64,000 nt of DNA from a virus. Each line of letters starts with the position of its first letter. Position 1 is the first letter of the stretch. The stretch is taken from the IMG/VR virus record IMGVR_UViG_3300034101_005931, positions 1-64,000 of that record. The stretch is one strand, 5' to 3'. The notes below the pieces were generated by a model. The model was not told where the DNA came from. It made no database searches and saw only the letters and a program-made list of their open reading frames with translations. Below are positions 20,233 through 27,680 of this stretch, piece after piece. Position numbers and translations under genes: made by a program.

Positions 20233-20886
20233 GTGGGAGGAGCAACAGTAATGGGAATGTTTGATACTATCTTTGTTAAAAAGAAACTACCCTTAACTAA
20301 GGAGCTTAAAGCTCTTAATGTTAAATGGGAAGAAGAACCTTTTCAAACAAAGGACCTGGAAAGTCTCATGGAAACATATGAGATTACTAAAACGGGAAAG
20401 CTAAACTATCTATGGCAAGAGAGAGTATGGAAGGATGATGATGGTGCTTTTCTAAAAGGCTATATGGATGTGGCAAAGGAAGAGTGGAGGAAAGTTGACT
20501 TTCACGGCACTATTAATTTTTATACATCATATTGTGATAATGATGGTTATAACTGGGATTGGGTTAGTGATGACCCGGAGCAAATGACTTGGGATGATAT
20601 CGAACTCATTCAAGGCTATGATTGGTGGATAGAATTTGAAGCTTATTTTACACACGGAAATTTAGATGAAATAAAACTTATAAAAGTAACTAAGGATCCG
20701 ATAAGCGAAAGAATTAAAAACAACAAAATCTGGGCTGAAAAAAGGGCTGTGGAAAACAAAAAAATTTCAAGAAAGATTGTTGGCTTCTTAAGAAAATTTG
20801 CTTGCTATCGTTATGTAATTCGTTTATTATTAAGAATAGTCAATAAGACATATTCATGCTTAACTAAAGCATTATATAGACTGTGA
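20233..20886 (+). CDS. Conserved phage hypothetical protein (true start probably 20251)
   Basis: MGMFD...FQTKDL...FHGTINFY...W.EF.A.F..G. Confidence 0.7.
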   Translation: MGGATVMGMFDTIFVKKKLPLTKELKALNVKWEEEPFQTKDLESLMETYEITKTGKLNYLWQERVWKDDDGAFLKGYMDVAKEEWRKVDFHGTINFYTSYCDNDGYNWDWVSDDPEQMTWDDIELIQGYDWWIEFEAYFTHGNLDEIKLIKVTKDPISERIKNNKIWAEKRAVENKKISRKIVGFLRKFACYRYVIRLLLRIVNKTYSCLTKALYRL

Positions 20887-21023
20887 AAACAAAAAATAAA
20901 ATTATTCAGAAGACGTATGCAGTTCCTGGCGGCCAATACCAGACAGCTAAAAATGTTCGTCAGTTCTATAACAAAAACACTCGAGCACAACGCTCTGATG
21001 CAGGCGGAAAAAGAAAGCCATAA
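20883..21023 (+). CDS. Small basic protein (46 aa, GTG start)
   Basis: Manual translation MKTKNKIIQKTYAVPGGQYQTAKNVRQFYNKNTRAQRSDAGGKRKP; GTGA overlap with upstream stop. Confidence 0.55.
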   Translation: MKTKNKIIQKTYAVPGGQYQTAKNVRQFYNKNTRAQRSDAGGKRKP

Positions 21024-21028
21024 AATAC

Positions 21029-21059
21029 TTGCACTTTACCATAGGTTCCTTTATAAATA
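21029..21059 (+). promoter_or_regulatory. Promoter of the tRNA operon (sigma70-like overlapping late TATAAATA)
   Basis: TTGCAC-N17-TATAAA(TA). Confidence 0.65.
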
Positions 21060-21076
21060 TATATATACATTCAAAA

Positions 21077-21220
21077 ATGAAACTTCATACAGATACACGC
21101 GGAACAAGTTGTCCGAGCCCAATTACAGGCTCATGGACAACCTTTGTCTTCTAAGCGGGTATTATATAGAATTTTCTTGATAAGCCCGCTGAACTCAATA
21201 AAATGAGCAGCGGGTTTCAA
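21077..21220 (+). promoter_or_regulatory. Candidate leader peptide plus attenuator-like alternative hairpins
   Basis: 25-codon ORF 21077-21154; GCCCGCT (21184-90) can pair with AGCGGGT at 21154-60 or at 21209-15. Confidence 0.5.
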
Positions 21221-21320
21221 TTTAAAAGGCTTTTTGGGAGATGAGCCTGAATCATCGAAACAACCACCTTGAATCCGTGGGTATATGAAATATATAGAGG
21301 TGTAGATCTTTATAAAAAGC

Positions 21321-21392
21321 GCGAGTGTAGCATAATGGTAATGCACTTCGTTGCCAACGAAGGTACTGTCGGTTCGAGCCCGATCACTCGCT
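21321..21392 (+). tRNA. tRNA-Gly(GCC)
   Basis: Cloverleaf; CTTCG-TT-GCC-AA-CGAAG; no encoded CCA. Confidence 0.95.
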
Positions 21393-21465
21393 TTTTAAAA
21401 TTTTACAGTCCCGGGACAATCCCTCTCCTGCTAATGTAGTGACGGATCCCGGGTAAGATTTTAAT

Positions 21466-21548
21466 GCCAGTGTGGCTCAGCGGCGACAGCACCGCTTTTG
21501 TAAAGCGGTATACAAACAACGGGGGTTCGAGTCCCTCCACTGGCCCCA
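21466..21548 (+). tRNA. tRNA-Thr(UGU), 12-nt variable region
   Basis: CCGCT-TT-TGT-AA-AGCGG; CCA encoded. Confidence 0.9.
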
Positions 21549-21555
21549 TTTTTTT

Positions 21556-21630
21556 GCATCGGAAGCTAAACGGCTAGGCAATGGTCTGCAAAACCTTTAT
21601 TAGTCAGTTCGACTCTGACCCGATGCTCCA
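21556..21630 (+). tRNA. tRNA-Cys(GCA)
   Basis: GCATCGG/CCGATGC acceptor, U73, CCA. Confidence 0.9.
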
Positions 21631-21673
21631 TTTTTTTATTTGCAAATAGCAAATATTCGTATAATATGAATTT

Positions 21674-21880
21674 ATGTATACGACAAGATTATCATTCAAA
21701 GGCAATAATATGGAAGTTGGTATCAAAACCCTTTGGACCAACGATGGTGAAGATCATTATGATTTAGAAATTCGTTCAAAGAAAAGAATCTCTGGTCATG
21801 ACTTTCAAGCTTTAAGAAACTATCTTCAAGAAGAAGGTTATATTGAAGCAGCACGAGAATGGAATAAAAATCTTGTTTAA
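21674..21880 (+). CDS. Hypothetical protein within tRNA array
   Basis: Follows TTGCAA..TATAAT promoter-like sequence. Confidence 0.65.
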   Translation: MYTTRLSFKGNNMEVGIKTLWTNDGEDHYDLEIRSKKRISGHDFQALRNYLQEEGYIEAAREWNKNLV

Positions 21881-21881
21881 C

Positions 21882-22217
21882 GATCTGGCCGTAGTGGTTT
21901 CCAGATCAGGGTGGAATCTCTTTGCCTGTTAGTGTGTTAGGAGACCCATCTGTGCTAGACGAGCTAGGCTACATAAAGCTACGACTCTATGCATTTAGTT
22001 TAACACAGGCTGAGGACGGAAGTACTGGCTCCATGCCGGGCTCCGTTGAGGAAGGGACAATTCCTAGGACAAAACCCTTCACATACTAAATATTTTAGTA
22101 GACCCGGGACGCCTCTCGATGATGTCGATGCGCACCGTTCGGGTGATCTAGCGTGATAACAAAGCCAGTACACATTAAGTTGGGACGCCTTCGGTTTCTG
22201 GTACAAAAACACGCCCT
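21882..22217 (+). ncRNA. Unidentified structured RNA (~335 nt) abutting tRNA-Ile
   Basis: No credible ORF; stems GATCTGG/CCAGATC, AGGGTG/CGCCCT, GCCTGT/ACAGGC, GTACTGGCT/AGCCAGTAC, CCGGG/CCCGG, GAAGGG/CCCTTC, TACTAAA/TTTAGTA. Confidence 0.7.
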
Positions 22218-22219
22218 TT

Positions 22220-22293
22220 CCCTCCTTAGTTCAGTAGTAGAACGGTTCTTTGATAAGGAACAGAGCATGGGGCGGTACCATGAGGAGGGACCA
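22220..22293 (+). tRNA. tRNA-Ile(GAU), non-canonical T-loop
   Basis: GTTCT-TT-GAT-AA-GGAAC; T-loop GGCGGTA; CCA. Confidence 0.85.
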
Positions 22294-22298
22294 TTTTA

Positions 22299-22389
22299 GG
22301 GCAGATAGCTGAGTTGGTCTAAGGCGCCCGACTTGAAATCGGAAGTGGGGGAAACTTCACCATGGGTTCGAATCTTACTCTGCCCGCCA
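22299..22389 (+). tRNA. tRNA-Ser(UGA)
   Basis: Long variable arm, G73, CCA. Confidence 0.9.
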
Positions 22390-22397
22390 TTTTAACC

Positions 22398-22469
22398 GCC
22401 CTTGTAGTTCTAATAGCAAAACAGTTCCTTGGTAAGGATCGGTAGACGGAGCGTAACCGTCCTGGGGCT
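22398..22469 (+). tRNA. tRNA-Thr(GGU), non-canonical T-loop
   Basis: GTTCC-TT-GGT-AA-GGATC; T-loop AGCGTAA. Confidence 0.8.
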
Positions 22470-22485
22470 TTTAAATAATTTTAAC

Positions 22486-22558
22486 TGCGGGTTAGAACTC
22501 TGGTGAGTTCAGGTGTCTCATAAGCATCTATAGGAGGATTCGATTTCCTCACCCGCTA
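22486..22558 (+). tRNA. tRNA-Met(CAU), initiator-like
   Basis: CAT anticodon, U1xU72 mismatch and A11-U24; lacks the three G-C anticodon-stem pairs. Confidence 0.85.
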
Positions 22559-22566
22559 TTCTTTAT

Positions 22567-22650
22567 ATGTCCGCTCACAAGTGGGATTGTACAGAGTCTC
22601 CAAAACTCTCGTCGTTTGACTAAGGGGTTCGATTCCTCACGGACATGCCA
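22567..22650 (+). tRNA. tRNA-Trp(CCA) with paired variable arm
   Basis: AGAGT-CT-CCA-AA-ACTCT; variable arm GTC-GTTT-GAC; G73, CCA. Confidence 0.8.
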
Positions 22651-22654
22651 TTTA

Positions 22655-22725
22655 GCCGCAGTAACATAAAAGTAATGTGTTAGTCTTCCAAACTAAAGAA
22701 CTCGGGGCAGTACCGTGCTGCGGCA
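22655..22725 (+). tRNA. tRNA-Gly(UCC), non-canonical T-loop
   Basis: TTAGT-CT-TCC-AA-ACTAA; T-loop GGCAGTA. Confidence 0.85.
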
Positions 22726-22732
22726 TATTTCG

Positions 22733-22804
22733 GGAGTTGTAGCTCAGAGGAAGAGCAGTTGGCTTTTAACCAATTGGCCGTGGGTTCGACCCCCACCGAC
22801 TCCA
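22733..22804 (+). tRNA. tRNA-Lys(UUU)
   Basis: GTTGG-CT-TTT-AA-CCAAT. Confidence 0.95.
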
Positions 22805-22809
22805 CTTAT

Positions 22810-22883
22810 GGTTCGTTAGTATAATAGCAGTACACTAGATTGTCACTCTAGTAGCAGGGGAGCATAACCCCTACGAACCGCCA
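22810..22883 (+). tRNA. tRNA-Asp(GUC), non-canonical T-loop
   Basis: CTAGA-TT-GTC-AC-TCTAG; T-loop AGCATAA; G73, CCA. Confidence 0.9.
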
Positions 22884-22887
22884 TTTC

Positions 22888-22959
22888 GGATCCTTGGTGA
22901 AATGGATATCACGTAACGCTACGGACGTTAAATTCTGAGTTCGACCCTTGGAGGATCCA
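22888..22959 (+). tRNA. tRNA-Arg(ACG)
   Basis: TAACG-CT-ACG-GA-CGTTA. Confidence 0.92.
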
Positions 22960-22970
22960 TAAGTATTTTT

Positions 22971-23360
22971 ATGAAGTGGTGGCCTACTATACTAGTAGCA
23001 GTGGGTTTGTTTTTTTATTTTGAATATTATTCAGTTCGTGTGCCACTTAAATATGAAATGCTGAATGACGGCTGTCTAATACAATCTTTATATTTTCAAC
23101 AAGTTATACAAGCTCAGCAAATATTAGATGAATACATGTGGACAAGAGTTCTTGCAATTCAATTTTATGGAATAATAGAAGGACATGCTGTAACTGTTTT
23201 TGTCTATAAAAATATAACGTGGGTTTATGATCCTAATCGCGGATCTTTCCCTGTAGCGCACTTTTCACTTTATAACCCATTAATGATCGCGGAACTTGCT
23301 TTTCCAAAACTTTCAATAAAAAAAGCATACTATATTGAACCAACATTATTATTGCATTAA
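22971..23360 (+). CDS. Membrane-anchored protein, possible transglutaminase/papain-like Cys-His-Asp fold
   Basis: N-terminal TM; NDGCL...GHAVTVF...WVYDPNRGS. Confidence 0.5.
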   Translation: MKWWPTILVAVGLFFYFEYYSVRVPLKYEMLNDGCLIQSLYFQQVIQAQQILDEYMWTRVLAIQFYGIIEGHAVTVFVYKNITWVYDPNRGSFPVAHFSLYNPLMIAELAFPKLSIKKAYYIEPTLLLH

Positions 23361-23386
23361 CTGAAGAAATCCTCTATTATATAGCA

Positions 23387-24256
23387 ATGAAACGTCTCAT
23401 TATAGATGGCAACAATCTTGTTCATAGAACTTTTTGGGTTGCTAAAAACCAGCCAATTTATAACGAGCACTTCCACATTCATCTTTTTTTGACGAGTGTT
23501 AAAAAATACGTAGCTAAGTATCAGCCTAACGTAACCTACTGTGCATGGGACGAGAAAGCAGACTATCAAGTTAATAAGCGCAAAGCTTTGCTTGAAGGCT
23601 ATAAAGGTAATCGTGATCAGGAACGCAATAAAGATGTTCATACAAAGAATTACATTATTAAAGAGATGCTTGGTTATCTCGGTATTAATAGCGTGTGTCC
23701 CTATGCATATGAAGCAGATGATGTGATTGCTATCTTTTGTAATGAATACAAGGACGATCAAAAAGTCATTATTACTGTCGACAGAGACCTTTGTCAACTT
23801 ATTGATAAGAATACAGTAGTTTTTGATCCGATTCGTAAAGTAGAATTTAATTTAGCAAACTTCGAAGAAGTATTAAAATGTAAAAAGGAGCACTTCGTAA
23901 AAATTAAAGCTCTGCAAGGTGACAAATCTGATAACGTTCCAGGCATTAAAGGCTTTGGAAAAGTTAAGATAGAAAAATATTTGGCCGGTGAAGTCGAAAT
24001 GAGTGCAGAAGAGCTAGCTCAATATGCACATAATCTTTTATTATTAGATTTGAGAAACACTCTGCAAGATGAAACAGAATGTTCTTATGTAAAAGAACAG
24101 TTTAAACAACCAGTTGAATTCAAATTTAGTCAGTTTAAAAAGAGATGTGAGGAGTTAGGGTTTCATCAGATTTTAAAGAATATAAATCAATGGTATGATT
24201 TGTTCTTTTTAAGAAGTGATCAAATCCGTACACTTACGGATTTTCTAAAATTTTAG
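23387..24256 (+). CDS. 5'-3' exonuclease / T4 RNase H-like (FEN family)
   Basis: IIDGNN, YKGNR, YEADDVIA, DRDLCQL, GDKSDNVPGIKGFG. Confidence 0.92.
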   Translation: MKRLIIDGNNLVHRTFWVAKNQPIYNEHFHIHLFLTSVKKYVAKYQPNVTYCAWDEKADYQVNKRKALLEGYKGNRDQERNKDVHTKNYIIKEMLGYLGINSVCPYAYEADDVIAIFCNEYKDDQKVIITVDRDLCQLIDKNTVVFDPIRKVEFNLANFEEVLKCKKEHFVKIKALQGDKSDNVPGIKGFGKVKIEKYLAGEVEMSAEELAQYAHNLLLLDLRNTLQDETECSYVKEQFKQPVEFKFSQFKKRCEELGFHQILKNINQWYDLFFLRSDQIRTLTDFLKF

Positions 24257-24279
24257 ATAAATATATAAAACACTTTAAA

Positions 24280-24354
24280 CGGGCAGTCGCCTAGTGGCCA
24301 TGGCACCTGCTTTGGGAGCAGGAATGACCGGAGGTTCGAGTCCTCTCTGCCCGA
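24280..24354 (+). tRNA. tRNA-Pro(UGG)
   Basis: CCTGC-TT-TGG-GA-GCAGG; C1-G72, A73. Confidence 0.92.
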
Positions 24355-24374
24355 TACTTTATCTCCCGATATTA

Positions 24375-24449
24375 CGCTGCTTAGCTGAGATAGATTAGCA
24401 CGAGTCTGAAGAACTTGATAGGTTGGAGCGTTACCAACAGCAGCGGCCA
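24375..24449 (+). tRNA. tRNA-Phe(GAA), non-canonical T-loop
   Basis: CGAGT-CT-GAA-GA-ACTTG; T-loop AGCGTTA; CCA. Confidence 0.85.
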
Positions 24450-24457
24450 CTTTAAAT

Positions 24458-24533
24458 GTTGCTCGTAGTGTAACGGTTAGCATTACAGGTTGTGATCCTG
24501 TCAGAGCGGGTTCGAACCCCGTCGAGCAACCCA
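24458..24533 (+). tRNA. tRNA-His(GUG)
   Basis: G-1:C73 pair, ACAGG-TT-GTG-AT-CCTGT, CCA. Confidence 0.95.
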
Positions 24534-24570
24534 ATATTGAATTTTATAAAAGATACAATATACTTGTGAT

Positions 24571-25302
24571 ATGATTGACGTTGGTATTTTAGGTTACGGT
24601 GAAATAGGACAAGCGCTAAGCGAATTCTATAAAGATAAACCTTTTAACCTTAAGATAAAAGACAAAAATAGTGTAGAACAGCTCGGTGAGCTAGTAATAC
24701 TTAACGTCTGTATACCCTACAATAATGATTTTTTAGATATTGTTTATGAACAAATTCAAACATCAAAGCCTATCATTACGATAATTCATTCAACGGTTCT
24801 TCCTGGTACAACAAAACGATTACAGATGTTAAGCCCGAACAAGTTTGTTATTCATAGCCCTGTAAGAGGCATTCATCCTTATCTTTATGACTCACTTAAA
24901 CGGTTTGTTAAATATATTGGAAGTGATACGGAGGACGGTTATCAATTGGCTTATGCACATTTAAAATTTTTAGGTTTTAAATGTGAGCGTATGAAGAATT
25001 CTTTTGCTACTGAACTCTCAAAACTTCTTTGCACAACATATTACGGAGTATGTATAGCATGGCATGATCTAGTTAAAAAGCTTTGTGATAGACATAGCTT
25101 AGAATACGTTAACGTATCAACAGATTGGAATGTTTCATACAATGAGGGTTATAAAGAACTAGGTATGAGCCATTTTACACGGCCAGTGTTATATCCACCA
25201 GAAGGTAAAATAGGTGGTCACTGTGTTGTACCTAATGCTGAACTTTTAGAAAATTTAATTGATAGTTCTTTGATAGAGGAAGTTTTAAAATTTAAAAAAT
25301 AG
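24571..25302 (+). CDS. UDP-glucose/GDP-mannose dehydrogenase-like protein (short form)
   Basis: GILGYGEIG, HSTVLPGTT, TELSKL, IGGHCV. Confidence 0.8.
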   Translation: MIDVGILGYGEIGQALSEFYKDKPFNLKIKDKNSVEQLGELVILNVCIPYNNDFLDIVYEQIQTSKPIITIIHSTVLPGTTKRLQMLSPNKFVIHSPVRGIHPYLYDSLKRFVKYIGSDTEDGYQLAYAHLKFLGFKCERMKNSFATELSKLLCTTYYGVCIAWHDLVKKLCDRHSLEYVNVSTDWNVSYNEGYKELGMSHFTRPVLYPPEGKIGGHCVVPNAELLENLIDSSLIEEVLKFKK

Positions 25303-25339
25303 TTGCAGTTTATAAGACATGTAGTAGAATAAAGATTCT

Positions 25340-25447
25340 ATGAAATACATCATCCTATCATTATTCCTTATGCTCGGTGTTACTGCATGTGCATCTAAAA
25401 AACAATGCACTCCATGCAATAAAACTGTTGTTTGTAAGGTTAAATAA
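25340..25447 (+). CDS. Small lipoprotein (35 aa)
   Basis: MKYIILSLFLMLGVTA-CASKKQCTPCNKTVVCKVK; lipobox VTAC; below ORF-track cutoff. Confidence 0.65.
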   Translation: MKYIILSLFLMLGVTACASKKQCTPCNKTVVCKVK

Positions 25448-25453
25448 TACAAC

Positions 25454-25535
25454 GGGTTAATCTTGTAAATGGTGCCGACATTTCCACATACGAGTGGTAG
25501 AGATTAGTCCTGAGACGTCGCGGGTAAACGTCTCA
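25454..25535 (+). ncRNA. Unidentified small structured RNA upstream of tRNA-Ala
   Basis: Three-way junction closed by GGGTTAATCT/AGATTAGTCC plus adjacent hairpin TGAGACG/CGTCTCA. Confidence 0.5.
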
Positions 25536-25541
25536 CTTTTC

Positions 25542-25612
25542 GGGGAATTAGTTAAGTGGTATAACTCCTGATTTGCATTCAGGTGTCACCAGTTCGACTC
25601 TGGTATTCTCCA
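25542..25612 (+). tRNA. tRNA-Ala(UGC)
   Basis: G3-U70; CCTGA-TT-TGC-AT-TCAGG. Confidence 0.95.
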
Positions 25613-25620
25613 TATTTTTG

Positions 25621-25703
25621 GCCGAAGTGGCGAAATTGGCGATACGCGACAGACTTAGGATCTGTTGGGGTAACCCGTGTAGGTTCGAGTCCTATCTTCG
25701 GCA
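25621..25703 (+). tRNA. tRNA-Leu(UAG)
   Basis: Long variable arm, A73; ACAGA-CT-TAG-GA-TCTGT. Confidence 0.93.
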
Positions 25704-25709
25704 TATTTA

Positions 25710-25800
25710 GGAACGGTGGCTGAGCGGCTTAAAGCAAGTCTTTGCTAAAGACTCGAGGGCTTAAAATCCTCCGCAGGTTCAAATCCTGCTCGTTCCGCCA
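25710..25800 (+). tRNA. tRNA-Ser(GCU)
   Basis: Long variable arm, G73, CCA. Confidence 0.95.
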
Positions 25801-25811
25801 TAAGTATTAAT

Positions 25812-26597
25812 ATGCTAAAAGAAGGCTATAACCCATACACCTCAAATCCTTTAGAGGGTATTGATTTTGCAAAAGTTTGTTATTTTGATACGGAAACAAC
25901 CGGTCTAAGACCATCAGATGCTCAAATTGTAGAAATAGCTGCTGTAAGAGGAAATGATCAGTTTTATGAAAAAATAGAACTCACTAACGATACAAAGCAA
26001 TTAATTGCTCAACAGGCTCAGAACTTCGAACGTAAAAACAAATATGATAAATCAATTGACGAACTTCTTCAAATGACAAATTACTATGATACAAAAGCTA
26101 AAACCACAGCAACAGAAGAAGAGGCGTTAAGAAAATTTAAAGAATTTGCAGAACAATCACAATATCTTCTGGCACATAATGCTTCATATGATATGAAAAT
26201 GGTTAATTCTAGAATGAAACGGTATGGTATTCAAACTATTAAAAACATACCTGTTCTCGATTCATTAGCATTTTCTCGGAGATTTTTTGTTCCGCTATTA
26301 CGCTCACAAGAAGAAGAAGGATCACAAGAAGCAAAACAGTTGCTTGATCAATTAACTTCTAGCTACAAAAAAGACGGTCAGAGAAAAACTGTTCAAAGTA
26401 ATCTCGGTGCTCTCTCAAAAGCTCTTTTCAATCAAATTGATAATTGGCATCAAGCGCTTGACGATGTATTAACTACAAAAAAGCTGGTTGAACAAGGCCT
26501 TGCTCTATATATGAGCAAATACAAAGAAGCACCATCTACACCATCTTTTAAAAAGTACTATGCAATGAATAAAAGAGCCGAAAACAGATATAAATAA
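25812..26597 (+). CDS. DEDDh 3'-5' exonuclease (DnaQ-like)
   Basis: FDTETTGL, AHNASYD, WHQALDDV. Confidence 0.9.
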   Translation: MLKEGYNPYTSNPLEGIDFAKVCYFDTETTGLRPSDAQIVEIAAVRGNDQFYEKIELTNDTKQLIAQQAQNFERKNKYDKSIDELLQMTNYYDTKAKTTATEEEALRKFKEFAEQSQYLLAHNASYDMKMVNSRMKRYGIQTIKNIPVLDSLAFSRRFFVPLLRSQEEEGSQEAKQLLDQLTSSYKKDGQRKTVQSNLGALSKALFNQIDNWHQALDDVLTTKKLVEQGLALYMSKYKEAPSTPSFKKYYAMNKRAENRYK

Positions 26598-26603
26598 TTA
26601 TAT

Positions 26604-26834
26604 ATGTTTCCTGTTCAACCTCAGCATTATACGCATGCTTTCATAGATACTGATCATTATACTTCTGATCAAAGTATGAAGAAAGCTATCGATAAGGTAT
26701 TATCGGAACTAAAAACTGATCCACCCCAATTTTTAGCTATTCTACCAGACGGTACATCTAAAAGCTTTGACAAGTATGATGATGCTATAGCGTTTCTTTC
26801 TATTAATCCTCACTGTAAAGTGTTTGTTAAGTAA
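26604..26834 (+). CDS. Hypothetical protein
   Basis: ORF directly behind TATAAATA. Confidence 0.6.
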   Translation: MFPVQPQHYTHAFIDTDHYTSDQSMKKAIDKVLSELKTDPPQFLAILPDGTSKSFDKYDDAIAFLSINPHCKVFVK

Positions 26835-26846
26835 TTAAATATTATT

Positions 26847-27680
26847 ATGGTCTCTTTCAAAGAGTTTATAGTAGAAGTTCACGCCAAGCTTGGTGGTATT
26901 TATGAAAAAGATATTCAAGCCAAATTAAGCCGTGCAGGTTTAGCTCCTGCAAATTTACAAACAGCTGGTGCAGGTCACGGTGCTGACGCTCAAATGTATA
27001 CCAAAAGTGGTAAACCATATGGTGTAGAGGTAAAGTTGAGTCCTAATGTTTTTGCAGGTCAAAAAAATATTAGATATAACGTTAAAAACGGTTCATGGAG
27101 CTGGCCGAGTAAGCAGGACGATCTTACAGCATTTTACGATGAAATTGGTTTAATTGATAATATTGTACTACCACAAGTCCAATCCGAGGTGGCTGCAAAG
27201 CTTAAAATGTTTAATGCTTGGTTTAAAAAAAGAAATATCAAATACACAGCTACTGAATTTCCCTTAACACTTACCAATCTTCAGTATACTTTGTTTAGAC
27301 AAGATAACCCTTCTTATAAACCTGAACTGGGAACTTTTGACTCGAGTGTGGATGCTATTTTTGCGAACTATACAGCTAAAAAAGTATTTTATGTTCAAAT
27401 AGGCACTCCTGCAGGTGGCTTTTATTATTTGGAAAAAGACCCATTGGGGTTGGCAAAGTATGGTGTGCCGCAGTTTAACCCAGATGTGGTGAGAGTAAGA
27501 ACAAGATTAAAATGGGGTGGATCAACTCTCGATAGTACGGAGCTTCGCAGCCCAAAAGCAAAATTATCATCAACCGTTTCTTTTAATACAGGTTTAATTA
27601 TTAGTGGTCTCGAACCTTCACCAGTTTCTATTGATAGAGATCTTACATTCCTTAAAAAAGGATTAGGTTACATAAAGTGA
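26847..27680 (+). CDS. Putative PD-(D/E)xK nuclease with head-targeting-like N-terminus
   Basis: YE...GADAQM...GVEVK; N-terminus MVSFKEFIVE. Confidence 0.6.
   Translation: MVSFKEFIVEVHAKLGGIYEKDIQAKLSRAGLAPANLQTAGAGHGADAQMYTKSGKPYGVEVKLSPNVFAGQKNIRYNVKNGSWSWPSKQDDLTAFYDEIGLIDNIVLPQVQSEVAAKLKMFNAWFKKRNIKYTATEFPLTLTNLQYTLFRQDNPSYKPELGTFDSSVDAIFANYTAKKVFYVQIGTPAGGFYYLEKDPLGLAKYGVPQFNPDVVRVRTRLKWGGSTLDSTELRSPKAKLSSTVSFNTGLIISGLEPSPVSIDRDLTFLKKGLGYIK

Noticed and set aside
20883-21023. Release-factor GGQ motif (VPGGQ)
   Set aside because: Protein too short and lacks the surrounding peptidyl-tRNA hydrolase domain
20917-21180. 87-aa plus-strand ORF
   Set aside because: Runs through the promoter and leader; the 20883-21023 frame, coupled to the upstream stop, fits better
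22010-22175. Calling the ~335-nt RNA RNase P
   Set aside because: Only partial CR-I/CR-V resemblance; no bulged-U P4 partner (CUU) and no recognisable CR-II to CR-IV; kept as unidentified
22000-22212. 70-aa minus-strand ORF
   Set aside because: Antisense to the structured RNA in a plus-strand tRNA operon; non-ATG start and no protein-like features
24253-24534. 93-aa minus-strand ORF
   Set aside because: Antisense shadow of tRNA-Pro, -Phe and -His
25621-25703. Stop-codon suppressor tRNAs or alternative genetic code
   Set aside because: Anticodons UAG and UGA read Leu CUA and Ser UCA; no CUA/UCA/UUA anticodon found, and long genes are intact in the standard code
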